From: Macrostomum lignano
Taxonomy: Eukaryota
Direction of reading: 5' to 3'
NCBI GenBank assembly: GCA_002269645.1
Contig: NIVC01000807.1
Span: forward strand, 1-64,000
DNA length: 64,000 bases
The notes beneath the pieces were generated by a model. That model was not told the DNA's origin. It ran no database searches and saw only the letters and a list, made by a program, of their open reading frames with translations. Shown piece after piece: positions 1 to 10,621 of this stretch (position 1 is the stretch's first letter; the number at the start of each line of letters is the position of its first letter). The position numbers were made by a program, and so were the translations under genes.

Positions 1-1030
1 GGGTGTCAGCCAGCTCATTTCCTCGGATCCCCACATGCCCCGGAACCCACTTAAGGGTAATTTTGTTGGCGGAACCCAACACGTTAAGAAGTTTGATACA
101 GTCGAGGACTGTAGCAGAGTTGGTGCTGCAGCCACTGATGGCGTGCAAGGCAGCTTGGCTGTCCGAATGGAAAATGATGTTCTTGCCAATAACGCCAGTG
201 GCGAGAAGCTCTGCAGTGCAGGAGCTGATGGCCAGAACTTCATTTTCGAAAACACTGGAGTTGACCCCAGTGTATTGAGCGTGGGTAGCGATGACCCTCC
301 CGTTCAGAAAGATTCCAACACCAAAGCCGGTGTTGGCTGACTGCTTAGAACCGTCGGTGTAGCAATGAAGCTCACCAAGGTTCCATTGGTCATTGATGTT
401 ATCGCGCGAGTCGATAGCTACGGAGTAGCGCTGTCTCAGGTTGAGCGTTGAGGCAATGCCATCGGTGAAGACGCGATTGGCCTGACACTCGTTGAGAAAG
501 TTGAGGCACAGGTCGCTATGCGGGACAAGGTTCCGCTTAGCAGGTGCTCTCATGTGAATGAATTTGACGCCAGCATCAATTAGACGCCGCGTCGATCTAG
601 CCGCCTCACCCCTGACGAAGAGGTCAAGAGGCGGTAGATTAAGGAAGGCCCCATGCCAGCAAAGGGCGTGGACCTGGTGGCGTTGCAGATAAGCCTACAC
701 GCTCTGCCTTGGATCGTGTTGAGCAGGTCTGCATGGCTTTTGACCTGGGTAGCGCTAACCCAGACAACAGAGGCGTACGTAATGGCAGGTCTAACTACGG
801 AAGTATAGATCCACCAAAGCCGCTTTGGGATAGACCCAAGAAGTGCCAAGTGCTCGTCGGAGCTGGGCCAGGATGGCTGAGGCACGCTTGGCTTTTGCTT
901 TCACGTGGAAGGACCAGTTGAGCCGGTGGTCAAGTGTGACCCCGAGACATCTGGTCTGGTGCGCGAAGGCAATATCTCTGCCGTAGAGCTGCAGAGGACG
1001 TATGTTCCAGCGTAGTCTGCTGGTAAACAG
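1..1030 (-). mobile_element. 5'-truncated non-LTR retrotransposon (R1/I-group-like): RT C-terminal region followed by RNase H; continues beyond the window start
   Basis: Manual minus-strand translation across two frameshifts (near 830 and near 650) gives the RT-end motif CLGVTLDHRLNWSFHV, then RLWWIYTSVVRPAITYASVVW, then a stop-free frame to base 1 with RNase H motifs CYTDGSK, FENEVLAI, FHSDSQAAL and WVPGHVGIRGNELAD. The 5' side ends abruptly in a 29-bp satellite near 1031. Confidence 0.92.
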
Positions 1031-1274
1031 GATACTCTCATTTAGATCTATAGGCACTGGATACTGCCATTTAGATCTATAGACACTAAATACTGCCATT
1101 TAGTTCTATAGACACTGGATACTCTCATTTAGATCTATTGAAACAAGCTACTACCATTTAGATCTATAGACACTAGACACTACAATTTTGATCTATGCAC
1201 ACTAGAAGTCTCCACAGTCTAGATCTATAGAGACTGAATACTACCGTTTAAATCTAGACACTAAATGCTGACAT
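1031..1274. repeat. Degenerate copies of a 29-bp minisatellite (TTTAGATCTATAGACACTAGATACCACCA-like)
   Basis: Recurrent TAGATCTATAGACACT motif; same family as 2545-3070. Confidence 0.8.
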
Positions 1275-1278
1275 TTAA

Positions 1279-2511
1279 CAGAATAAAGAGCACGCTATTT
1301 TTCCCCATAGGGAAAGACCACGGGGGTGTATTTCAAATACACACGACCCATTTCACGATAGCTCGCAAACCGAATTACCGATTTTCGTAAAAGTCCACCG
1401 CATGGATCAAAATTCCCCCCCTTTCCAACGAATTAACTTTCAAAGTCATCCGACGTCAGCATCGTCGAGATGTTCAACGATTCTTGTCGAAGACACTGGT
1501 GGCAAGGACAACCAACACTACACTGTATAAACCTTTATGGTGAATCCATATTGGCTCAATAATCTGGGTCCATCTGTCGTAGAGGCCTTTTTTCTCAGCA
1601 TCCCAGGCAACAGGGTCCCCTTCATCACCGTCTGGAGCATCGACGGCGACCGTCGGGACCTTCCACAAAAGCACCCGATCGGCATCGCAGAGACGGCTGT
1701 GTTCCCAAAACTGAAATGGAAGAATCCACGTCTGCATGCGGAGTTCAGTCAGTAGTCACAATCGGTGAATGAAATGGACGATGGCGACCCTCTAGGCTGA
1801 CCTGTAGACATACAGGCGACCTTCGGGACCTTCAACGGAGTGCACATTGCGGCCCTGACGAACTGACACCCCAAAATCGTGATTTTTTATCAAGGCACCA
1901 AACCAGACATGTCTGCGTATTATACAGTGCTTTTGTACCATGTTCAGCATTCAGCTCTGTCTGGACGACCTTCGGGACCTTCAACGGAGTGCACCTTGCG
2001 GCCCCGACGAGCTGACACCGCCAACATCGTGATTTTTCTATCAAGGCTGACTACTGACTGAATGCTGCATGCAGACGTGGATTCTTTCATTTCAGTTTTG
2101 GGAGCGCAGCTGTCTCTGAGATGCCGATCGGGTGCTTTTGTTGAAGGTCCCGACGGTCGCCGCCGATGCTCCAGACGGTGATGAAGGGGACCCTGTTGCC
2201 TGGGATGCGAGAGAGAAAGTCCCTGCGCCTGATATGCATAGTTTGTTGAGCCGACGTGGTTTCATGGTGAGATTTTGCTAGCAGAAAAAATTTTCCAATG
2301 TTGGTGGTTTTTGCCACCGGACACCCCGAGGAGAATCGTTGAATATCTCGACGATGCCGATTTTTCGTGATTCTCGAAGTTGCTTCATCGAATAGAGCGG
2401 AAAATTTTAGCCCGTGTTCTGGATTTTGATGGCAATTGGTTGAATATTTTCGGAGATCCAGACAAAGGAAAAGTGTGTATTTGAAATACACCCCCTATGG
2501 TCTTTCTACTG
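1279..2511. mobile_element. Non-autonomous foldback/long-TIR DNA element with TTAA on both sides and CAG...CTG termini
   Basis: About 1590-1758 is a close inverted copy of about 2048-2220. GAAAGACCA(C/T)..GGGGGTGTATTTCAAATACACA is inverted at both ends, and GCATCGTCGAGAT(G/A)TTCAACGATTC is also inverted. TTAA lies at 1275-1278 and 2512-2515. The centre holds an ~80-bp direct repeat (~1818 and ~1967). No transposase ORF. Confidence 0.75.
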
Positions 2512-2544
2512 TTAAGATGTACACTCCGTTAGGCAAGCAGTGTA

Positions 2545-3070
2545 CACTTCACAGATCTATAGACACTGGATACTCTCATTTACGAGCTAGATCTATAGAC
2601 ACTAGATACCACTATTTACATCTATAGACACTAGATACCCTCATTTAGATTTATAGACCCTAGATACCACCATTTAGATCTATAGACACTAGATAACACC
2701 ATTTAGATCTATAGACACTAGATACCACCATTTAGATCTATAGACACTAGATACCACCATTTAGATCTATAGACACTAGATACCACCATTTAGATCTATA
2801 GACCCTAGATACTCTCATTTAGATCTATAGACCCTAGATACTCTCATTTAGATCTATAGACACTAGATACTGCTGTTTAGATCTATAGACACTAGATACT
2901 GCTGTTTAGATCTATAGACACTAGATACTGCCGTTTAGATCTATAGACACTAGATACCACCATTTAGATCTATAGACACTAGATACTGCCGTTTAGATCT
3001 ATAGACACTAGATACCACCATTTAGATCTATAGACACTAGATACTGCCGTTTAGATCTATGGACACTAGA
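2545..3070. repeat. 29-bp tandem minisatellite (TTTAGATCTATAGACACTAGATACCACCA), about 18 copies, intronic
   Basis: Period 29 read directly (ATTTAG at 2701 and 2730). Confidence 0.95.
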
Positions 3071-3128
3071 AAGCTGCATAGATGTCTGTAGACCATCCCG
3101 TTTCTAAGAAAACGCGTCCCGCTCGCAG

Positions 3129-3687
3129 GTTCGTCACAGACCGCGGCGTCTCCTCCGTGCTGGCCGCCTGTCCGAGCTTGCAGGAGGCGGACTTCAGCGG
3201 CCTGAAGCAGATCACCAGCCGGCCATTCCTGCCCATCATTCACGACCTGCCATCGTGGCGCCGGACTCTCGCCCTGCTGCGACTGCGGCTGGCCGAGCGG
3301 GCAGCCAGATGGCGCCGACGAGCCTCCGTCGCTGCCGCCGCCTGCGGTGGCGCCGGTGGCGAACGGTCGCCGGACGGGAACTCCTCCTACGTCGGCAACG
3401 ACAACGACGACTCAGACGACGACGGCGAGTCCAGCGGCGGAGACGAAGACTTCGAAGAGCTGGAGCTGCCGCGCCGCAGTCGGGTGTTCGCGCCGGCTCT
3501 GCGAATCCTTCGCCTGCTGGTCTCCGATCTGATCAACGAGGACTGCATGCGCGAGATTGTGGCCGTCTGCCGTGGCTCCTTGGTGGTGTACGGCTATTCT
3601 GCCGACCCGCTGGAGCCCCGATGGGTCACCATTCATCCCGGCAGGCAGCGGGTGCTTGAGTCCGCTCTGCTCAGCGCCGATGTCTAA
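3129..3687 (+). CDS. Terminal coding exon of a leucine-rich-repeat protein (FBXL/AMN1-type LRR); upstream exons lie outside the window
   Basis: Acceptor CTCGCAG|G at 3128/3129 (phase 2). Translation FVTDRGVSSVLAACPSLQEADFSGLKQIT resembles a cysteine-containing LRR unit, followed by an acidic linker and stop TAA at 3685-3687. GC-rich coding-like composition contrasts with the flanks. Confidence 0.6.
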
Positions 3688-3782
3688 CCTTGCATGTTTG
3701 CTTGCTGATTTTAAGAATGCTCTTCGTGCGTCTCAGTGTGACATTCTAGTGTGGGTAAACTTGCCTTGCTTCACTTATAGCC

Positions 3783-4692
3783 TCCCAGTTCCATATCTAG
3801 CTTCCCAGTTCCATATCTAGCTTCCCAGTTCCATATCTAGCTTCCCAGTTCCATATCAAGCTTCCCAGTCTCATATCTAGCTTCCCAGTCTCATATCTAG
3901 CTTCCCAGTTCCATATCTAGCTTCCCAGTTCCATATCTAGCTTCCCAGTTCCATATCTAGCTTCCCAGTTCCATATCTAGCTTCCCAGTTCCATATCTAG
4001 CTTCCCAGTTCCATATCTAGCTTCCCAGTTCCATATCTAGCTTCCCAGTTCCATATATAGCTTCCCAGTCCATATCTAGCTTCCCAGTTCCATATCTAGC
4101 TTCCCAGTCCATATCTAGCTTCCCAGTTCCATATCTAGCTTCCCAGTTCCATATCTAGCTTCCCAGTTCCATATCTAGCTTCCCAGTTCCATATCTAGCT
4201 TCCCAGTTCCATATCTAGCTTCCCAGTTCCATATCTAGCTTCCCAGTTCCATATCTAGCTTCCCAGTTCCATATCTAGCTTCCCAGTCTCATATCTAGCT
4301 TCCCAGTTCATATCTAGCTTCCCAGTTCCATATCAGCTTCCCAGTCCATATCTAGCTTCCCAGTTCCATATCTAGCTTCCCAGTTCCATATCTAGCTTCC
4401 CAGTTCCATATATAGCTTCCCAGTTCCATATCTAGCTTCCCAGATCCATATCTAGCTTCCAGTCCATATCTAGCTTCCCAGTTCTATATATAGCTTCCCA
4501 GTTCCATATCTAGCTTCCCAGTTCCATATCTAGCTTCCCAGTTCCATATTTAGCTTCCCAGTTCCATATCTAGCTTCCCAGTCCCATATCTAGCTTCCCA
4601 GTTCCATATCTAGCTTCCCAGTTCCATATCTGGCTTGACAGTTCCATATCTAGCTTCCCAGTTCCATATCTGGCTTGACAGTACCATATCTA
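3783..4692. repeat. 20-bp tandem minisatellite (AGCTTCCCAGTTCCATATCT), about 45 copies
   Basis: Period 20 read directly. Confidence 0.95.
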
Positions 4693-4887
4693 GTCCAGCC
4701 TTTGGCACGATGTTGACAAGTTTTTTAACACCTCACATCACTGAATTTCACAGTTTACGGCCAAAATTAGGTGCCCAGAGTTTATGGTGATTAATTGTAG
4801 TAGACCATGAATTTGCAAAAGCTATTTTTGTTGGCTTAGCGGTAAAATTTCGCATTCCAGTAATTGTAAAGCTAATTGGTTCTGTAA

Positions 4888-4900
4888 AATAAACAATAAA
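4888..4900 (+). terminator. Candidate polyadenylation signals (two AATAAA) for the LRR gene
   Basis: AAATAAACAATAAA in AT-rich sequence downstream of the stop codon; inference only. Confidence 0.35.
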
Positions 4901-5087
4901 TTTAGCATAAGATATTCCAAATTTCAACTTTGTCTGTGACTCGTTGAGTCGCTGTGCTTTCGCCCAGCTCATTAAAAAATGCTATGTGAATGGATTTTAT
5001 ACAACTGTTATTTGATTTTTTGAGAGTTCACTTTGAATGAGCTTTAGGTAGCACCTTATTTAAATTAATGGCTGATACTTAAGTTAG

Positions 5088-5126
5088 TTAGTTAGTTAGT
5101 TCGTTAGTTAGTTAGTTAGTTAGTTC

Positions 5127-5168
<42 letters not shown>

Positions 5169-5205
5169 CAGTCAGTTAGTTAGTTACTTAGTTACTTAGT
5201 TAGTC

Positions 5206-5244
<39 letters not shown>

Positions 5245-5269
5245 CAGTTAGTTAGTTAGTTAGTTAGTC

Positions 5270-5316
<47 letters not shown>

Positions 5317-5317
5317 C

Positions 5318-5352
<35 letters not shown>

Positions 5353-5437
5353 CAGTTAGTTAGTTAGTTAGTCAGTTAGTTAGTCAGTCAGTTAGTTAGT
5401 TAGTTAGTTAGTTAGTCAGTTAGTTAGTTAGTTAGTC

Positions 5438-5490
<53 letters not shown>

Positions 5491-5505
5491 ATTAGTTAGT
5501 TAGTT
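5088..5505. repeat. (TTAG)n tetranucleotide microsatellite with TCAG variants
   Basis: Direct reading. Confidence 0.95.
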
Positions 5506-5819
5506 AACGTGACAGCATCCGGAGTCGAACCCAGTGACGGGTATCAAATAGCATTGAAATATTTCTCCCCGCAGTGACGAGTCGTCGCTATTTATACTAG
5601 CAGAATAAATGTAAATGAGCTTAATTCTATGGCTTAAACGCATTGCCCAAGCGTAGCACACGAGGCTGCTGCACTGTACCCGGTTTTTGCATCTATGGTC
5701 AGCAGCTGTTTAAACAATGCAGCCATATAATTTTGATCTTTTATTTATAATTAAAATAATTTCAATTAGCAGGTTGCAAACCGCAGTACTGCCAAGTTGC
5801 ATTTCGTTGATCAGCAACG

Positions 5820-7592
5820 ATGACCAGCTGCCCGCTGCCGCCGCAGTTCCCCAACTCGCACCTGAACATACCACCGTTCCTACGCAGCCATCACCCGTAC
5901 ACGAAATGGATGATCAACATGATCCGTGGCAGGTCGCACCACCGCCTCACCACCATGGTGAGGGAGAGGCCCGAGCTGTTCCAGCAGATCTTCCAGATCG
6001 CCGACCAGCCAGACCTCATCGGGAACGACTCGCGCGACTCTCAGTCCATGTTTCACCGCAACGCCGTGCTGTACCTCAACCCGCTGAGTCTGGCCATCTA
6101 CCTCAAGGAGGAGAAGTCGGTGGAGATCATCCTGCGCAGCGGAGTCAACCATGGGCACCAGAAGAGCTTCGCCACAGACGTATTCAGCCGAGGCGTTGCC
6201 GGCGGCGACATTGTCGAGATCCTGCCCGTGTGCGTCGCCATCAGGCGGGAGTTTTACGAGGCCATCAGCTCCCTGAGCAGCGTGGCGCCGCCGTTCATGA
6301 AGGACGGACAGGCGCTGACATTGGACATCAGCCGGCCATTCGAGCTGCACTATGAGAGCAAGGCCAGCCAAAAGGTATTCAAATATCGCGACACTCTCCA
6401 CTACGGCACCGAGACTATGAAGACGCGGCTCAACATCAATATCAGCAGCCTGCTCGAGAGCCTCATCACCATTCGGCCGGAGATTTGGCAGCCGCAGGTG
6501 CTGGACGATGACGGGTTCGGCCAGAAGATCAGCCTGTTCCGCCGCATCGCCCGCGTGGCGTACTACGAGGACCCGGAGTGTCGCAAGTCGCACAACTTGA
6601 TCAGCGCGCTGGAGACGCTGTTCAAAAACCGCTGCTTCCTTGAGCTGCAGCCGACGCCCGACACCAAGGCCGGGTTTGTTGCCCGCATCCAGAGCCTGGA
6701 CCCCATGATCATGGACCAGGACTGCGCCATCGCACTGCTGATGGGCCTGTACTACCGCATGCACTGCAAGGTTAAAAACGGCCCGATGAACTCCCTGGCC
6801 GACATCATTCGCCGAGCCCTCACAGCCACCAAGTGGCGAAAAACGTTTCTGCGACTGCCTGTGGAGCATCTGCAGAAGATCTTCAGCTGCCTGCCGGAGA
6901 ATGTCGCCCTACCAACTGACTCTCTGCTGGCCATCAAGACTCACATCAGCATCATCAACGAGAAAGAGCAGGACAGCACCATCAATCTGACAGGAGCTGG
7001 GCGCGTGCCCGCCTCCGAGCTGCGCAGCGTTGGCGACGACTGCGCCCTCCTGCGGGTGCGGCAGAACGGCAGCCGGTTCAGCAAGCCGCCCTCGCTCAAC
7101 AGCTACATCCAGGCCAGCAGCAGCGGCATGCCGCGGATGAAGCAGGCGGCCGCCCAGCCTCCTGCCGGCAGCTCCGACATCATGACCGACTTTGACGAGT
7201 CCGGCATGCCGGGCCAGGAGATGCCGCCTCAGCTGATGCAGCAGATGCTTCAACAGCAGCAACTGCAGCAGCATCAGCAGTTTCAGCAGCACCGCCAGCA
7301 GCTGCTGTCGTCTCGATCTCCCTACGCCGGCAACGAAAAGACGGAAACCGCCGACCACGAAGACGAGGAGCGCTCCGAAGACTTGAACAGCTTCGAGCGC
7401 GAGCTGGTGAAGCACATGTACTCCAGCAGCGGTGGCAGGCAGCAGCAGCAGTTCGCGCCCGGCGACATGGGCGACGTCCGACTTCAGGGTGGAAAGCCGG
7501 CGGGCCGCGCGGGTCTGCAGCAGCAGCAGCAGCAGCAGCTGTTTGATGCGTTTGACGCCGTCAATAGCAGTCCGGCCAACTCGGCCTACTGA
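5820..7592 (+). CDS. Intronless 590-aa protein with ankyrin-like repeats, a possible SOCS box and a Q-rich low-complexity C-terminus
   Basis: Long ORF with GC3-rich codons and an AT-rich acceptor TTAGCAG at 5766-5772 upstream. LNPLSLAIYLKEEKSVEIILRSGVN and ILPVCVAIRREF are ankyrin-like. PMNSLADIIRRAL...FLRLPVEHLQKIF resembles the BC-box/Cul5-box of a SOCS box. AATAAA lies at 7801. The domain calls are pattern-level only. Confidence 0.8.
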   Translation: MTSCPLPPQFPNSHLNIPPFLRSHHPYTKWMINMIRGRSHHRLTTMVRERPELFQQIFQIADQPDLIGNDSRDSQSMFHRNAVLYLNPLSLAIYLKEEKSVEIILRSGVNHGHQKSFATDVFSRGVAGGDIVEILPVCVAIRREFYEAISSLSSVAPPFMKDGQALTLDISRPFELHYESKASQKVFKYRDTLHYGTETMKTRLNINISSLLESLITIRPEIWQPQVLDDDGFGQKISLFRRIARVAYYEDPECRKSHNLISALETLFKNRCFLELQPTPDTKAGFVARIQSLDPMIMDQDCAIALLMGLYYRMHCKVKNGPMNSLADIIRRALTATKWRKTFLRLPVEHLQKIFSCLPENVALPTDSLLAIKTHISIINEKEQDSTINLTGAGRVPASELRSVGDDCALLRVRQNGSRFSKPPSLNSYIQASSSGMPRMKQAAAQPPAGSSDIMTDFDESGMPGQEMPPQLMQQMLQQQQLQQHQQFQQHRQQLLSSRSPYAGNEKTETADHEDEERSEDLNSFERELVKHMYSSSGGRQQQQFAPGDMGDVRLQGGKPAGRAGLQQQQQQQLFDAFDAVNSSPANSAY

Positions 7593-8142
7593 CCGCGGTG
7601 CCGTGCTAGTGACATTTTTCTCAGTCTTTAAGAATTTACTTTGTTCATCTTTCTGCCAGGTTTAAGAGTTTATTTCATTCATAGAAATTTGTTTTTTAGC
7701 GTTCATTTACTGCTGAACTCTCCACACATTCTCGCCACGGAACATTTATATCATTTTTGGCCTGGAATATTTTTTCTGACTGGGTCACCGCTTAACCAAC
7801 AATAAAAATATATATACCGGTTTTTAAGGTTTGGCTGACTAGGTGGGCAAAAGGTCGATGAGAACGTTTTAATTTTTCCATGCTTTTATAGAAATTTAAA
7901 TTGACTGATACGAGCTGAGCACTCAATTTATTGTGTACTGAACTTGTGGGTTTTGCTTGATGAATAAGAGAAAGAATATTTTTCATTCCCAACTCTTAGA
8001 TCACTATATTTCGTGTTAAAGAATCAAGAGTCTAGTTAAAGTTGGGAAACTCCTTTTGGGAGTCGATAATTTAGCAGTCTCAAATGATGTTTTATTTCTA
8101 TTTTCTATAATTCTCCATTTCTATATTTCATGATTTTTTCTA

Positions 8143-9178
8143 GCTTCCCTGATGTTCCATCTCAAGCTTCCATGATGTTCCATCTCAAGCTTCCATGATG
8201 TTCCATCTCAAGCTTCCATGATGTTCCATCTCAAGCTTCCATGGTGTTTCATCTCAAGCCTCCATGATGTTCAATCTCAAGCTTCCATGATTCCATGATG
8301 TTCCATCTCAAGCTTCCATGGTGTTTCATCTCAAGCCTCCATGATGTTCAATCTCAAGCTTCCATGATTCCATGATGTTCCATCTCAAGCTTCCATGGTG
8401 TTTCATCTCAAGCCTTCATGATGTTCAATCTCAAGCTTCCATGATTCCATGATGTTCCATCTCAAGCTTCCATGGTGTTTCATCTCAAGCCTCCATGATG
8501 TTCCATCTCAAGCTTCCATGATGTTCCATCTCAAGCCTCCATTATGTTCCATCTCAAGCTTCCATGATGTTCCATCTCAAGCTTCCATGATGTTCCATCT
8601 CAAGCCTCCATGATGTTCCATCTCAAGCTTCCATGATGTTCCATCTCAAGCTTCCATGATGTTCCATCTCAAGCCTCCATGATGTTCCATCTCAAGCTTC
8701 CATGATGTTCCATCTCAAGCTTCCATGATGTTCCATCTCAAGCCTCCATGATGTTCCATCTCAAGCTTCCATGATGTTCCATCTCAAGCTTCCATGATGT
8801 TCCATCTCAAGCTTCCATGGTGTTTCATCTCAAGCCTCCATGATGTTCAATCTCAAGCTTCCATGATTCCATGATGTTCAATCTCAAGCTTCCATGATTC
8901 CATGATGTTCAATCTCAAGCTTCCATGATTCCATGATGTTCTATCTCAAGCTTCCATGGTGCTATATCTCAAGCTTCCATGATTTTCAATCTCAAGCTTC
9001 CATGATTCCATGATGTTCTATCTCAAGCTTCCATGGTGTTCCATCTCAAGCTTCCATGATGTTCAATCTCAAGCTTCCATGATTCCATGATGTTCAATCT
9101 CAAGCTTCCATGGTGTTCCATTTCTAGCTTACATGATGTTCCATCTCAAGCCTCCATGATGTTCCATTTCTAAGCTTC
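8143..9178. repeat. 23-bp tandem minisatellite (AAGCTTCCATGATGTTCCATCTC) with 31-bp variants carrying an extra TGATTCCA
   Basis: Period 23 (8581 to 8604), with recurring variant blocks. Confidence 0.95.
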
Positions 9179-9468
9179 TATGGCACTCTAAATTCCATTT
9201 ATAAATCAATTTTCATTCATCAGCTCGCAGAAAGAACCACGAACTGTACTCGTACATGAAAATAAAAAATAGATTTACTTTAAGTAGTTATTGTATTCAA
9301 TTATAACTTAATTCAAAATATGCTGCGAGAGAACTCAGAAAGACCAGTAAGTTTATATATTTAAAGAGTTTTTGTTCGAGCACAACTGACACACTTCAAT
9401 AATGAATTGAAACTTCGCAATCGCACAGCGAAATTGTAGGACTGAGCGTGAGCAATTTTGAGCAGGAT

Positions 9469-10611
9469 TTATTCGCCGTGAAGCAATTTCGACTGTTGAC
9501 GGTTGGGACGAGAAATTGCCTGCAAGTGAAAGTGCGAAAGTGAACGAATTTGTGACACAAGCTGGGTTGACAGAACTGCTCGATAGCCATTTCAGTGACA
9601 TCAGCAGACATCAGAATCCAATAATCAGGCATGACCATATCCGGAAAATCCCAGAATCCCATAGACGGAATCCCATAGCCGGACATCCCAAAGCCGGACA
9701 CCCCAGAATGCCATATCTGCACATCCCAGAATCCCATAACAGGACATCCCATCATCTCATATCCGGACATCCCAGAATCCCATAGCCGGACATCCCAGAA
9801 TCCCATTGCTGGACATCCCAGAGTCCCATAGCCGGACATCCGAGAATCCCTTTTCTGGACATCCCAGAGTCCCATAGCCGGACATCCGAGAATCCCATAA
9901 CCGGACATCCCAGAGTCCCATATCCGGACATCCCATAATCCCATAGCCGGACATTCCAGAATCGCACACCCAGTTGCGCACCTGTCCAACCCTAGGCGGA
10001 GTGGAGGCCCTGGGCCGCAGCCTGTACTCGATGACCTGATCATAGAAGCGGTCCAGCTTGACGGCATTGGTGGTGCCAGCGCTCAGCGATCTGGTGTCCA
10101 CGCAGCTGAGCAGGATCTCCGGACAGCCAATCCGAGCGGCAGCTTCGCCACCGTTCGGCCGCTTGGCCAGCGCATCGGCTTTGCACAGGTCGCTCTTGGC
10201 GCCAATCACCAGCACTGGCGGAGTGTCAGCGCCAAGGCAGCTCTCGTGCAGCCAGCGACTGAGATTGAGCTCAGTCTTCCTGTTAGTGAGGTCGTGCACC
10301 AGCAGGATGCCGTGTACACCGTGGTAGAACACGCCGCGGCTGTTCTTGTGCATCGGATAGCCGCCGATGTCCCAGAACTCCAGGAAGAACAACCGCTCAG
10401 CCTGGCCGGTCAGCTCCGACCTGTACTCGTGCAGGCCGACCTGCAGTGAGCAGCCCACAGTCCAGGCTGGATTGGTCAGCTCGCTGTGATTGGTCAGCAG
10501 GTGTACAAGCGAGGACTTGCCAACGCCGGAGTCGCCAAGCACCAGAATTTTCACACGGAGCGTGTCTTCCTGTGCCGGCGGTTGTGGGGTTTTCGAAAAT
10601 TGATCAGACAT
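9469..10611 (-). CDS. RABL3: Rab-like protein 3; exons 10611 (or 10569 if SL-initiated)..9982 and 9519..9469
   Basis: RVKILVLGDSGVGKSSLVHLL, PAWTVGCS, FWDIGG, GILLVHDLTNRK, LVIGAKSD and AGTTNAVKLDRFYDQVIE match the RABL3 family. Donor CAG|GTGCGC at 9982/9981 and acceptor ACTTGCAG|GCA at 9520/9519 (phase 0) add AISRPNRQQSKLLHGE*, resembling the vertebrate ...KSLHYD end. Confidence 0.93.
9640..9960. repeat. About 23-bp tandem repeat (GGACATCCCAGAATCCCATAGCC) inside the RABL3 intron
   Basis: Direct reading; variant units alternate. Confidence 0.9.
10570..10576 (-). promoter_or_regulatory. Candidate trans-splice acceptor (GGCACAG|GAA) at the RABL3 N-terminus
   Basis: Phase-0 CAG. AUG plus EDTLRVK gives the same N-terminal length as human RABL3 (MASLDRVK, recalled). 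Confidence 0.5.
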
Positions 10612-10621
10612 TCTACTTGCT

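Noticed and set aside
5088-5505. Interstitial telomere
   Set aside because: The unit is TTAG/TCAG, not TTAGGG or TTAGG; an ordinary tetranucleotide microsatellite.
5500-5600. tRNA or SINE suggested by a B-box GGTTCGACTCC on the minus strand (5531-5521)
   Set aside because: No convincing A-box or cloverleaf; at most a decayed fragment.
5880-7415. Antisense ORFs of 329 and 168 aa overlapping the 590-aa gene, and similar shadows over CHFR, RABL3 and TOP3B
   Set aside because: GC-rich coding DNA commonly leaves open antisense frames; no domain features.
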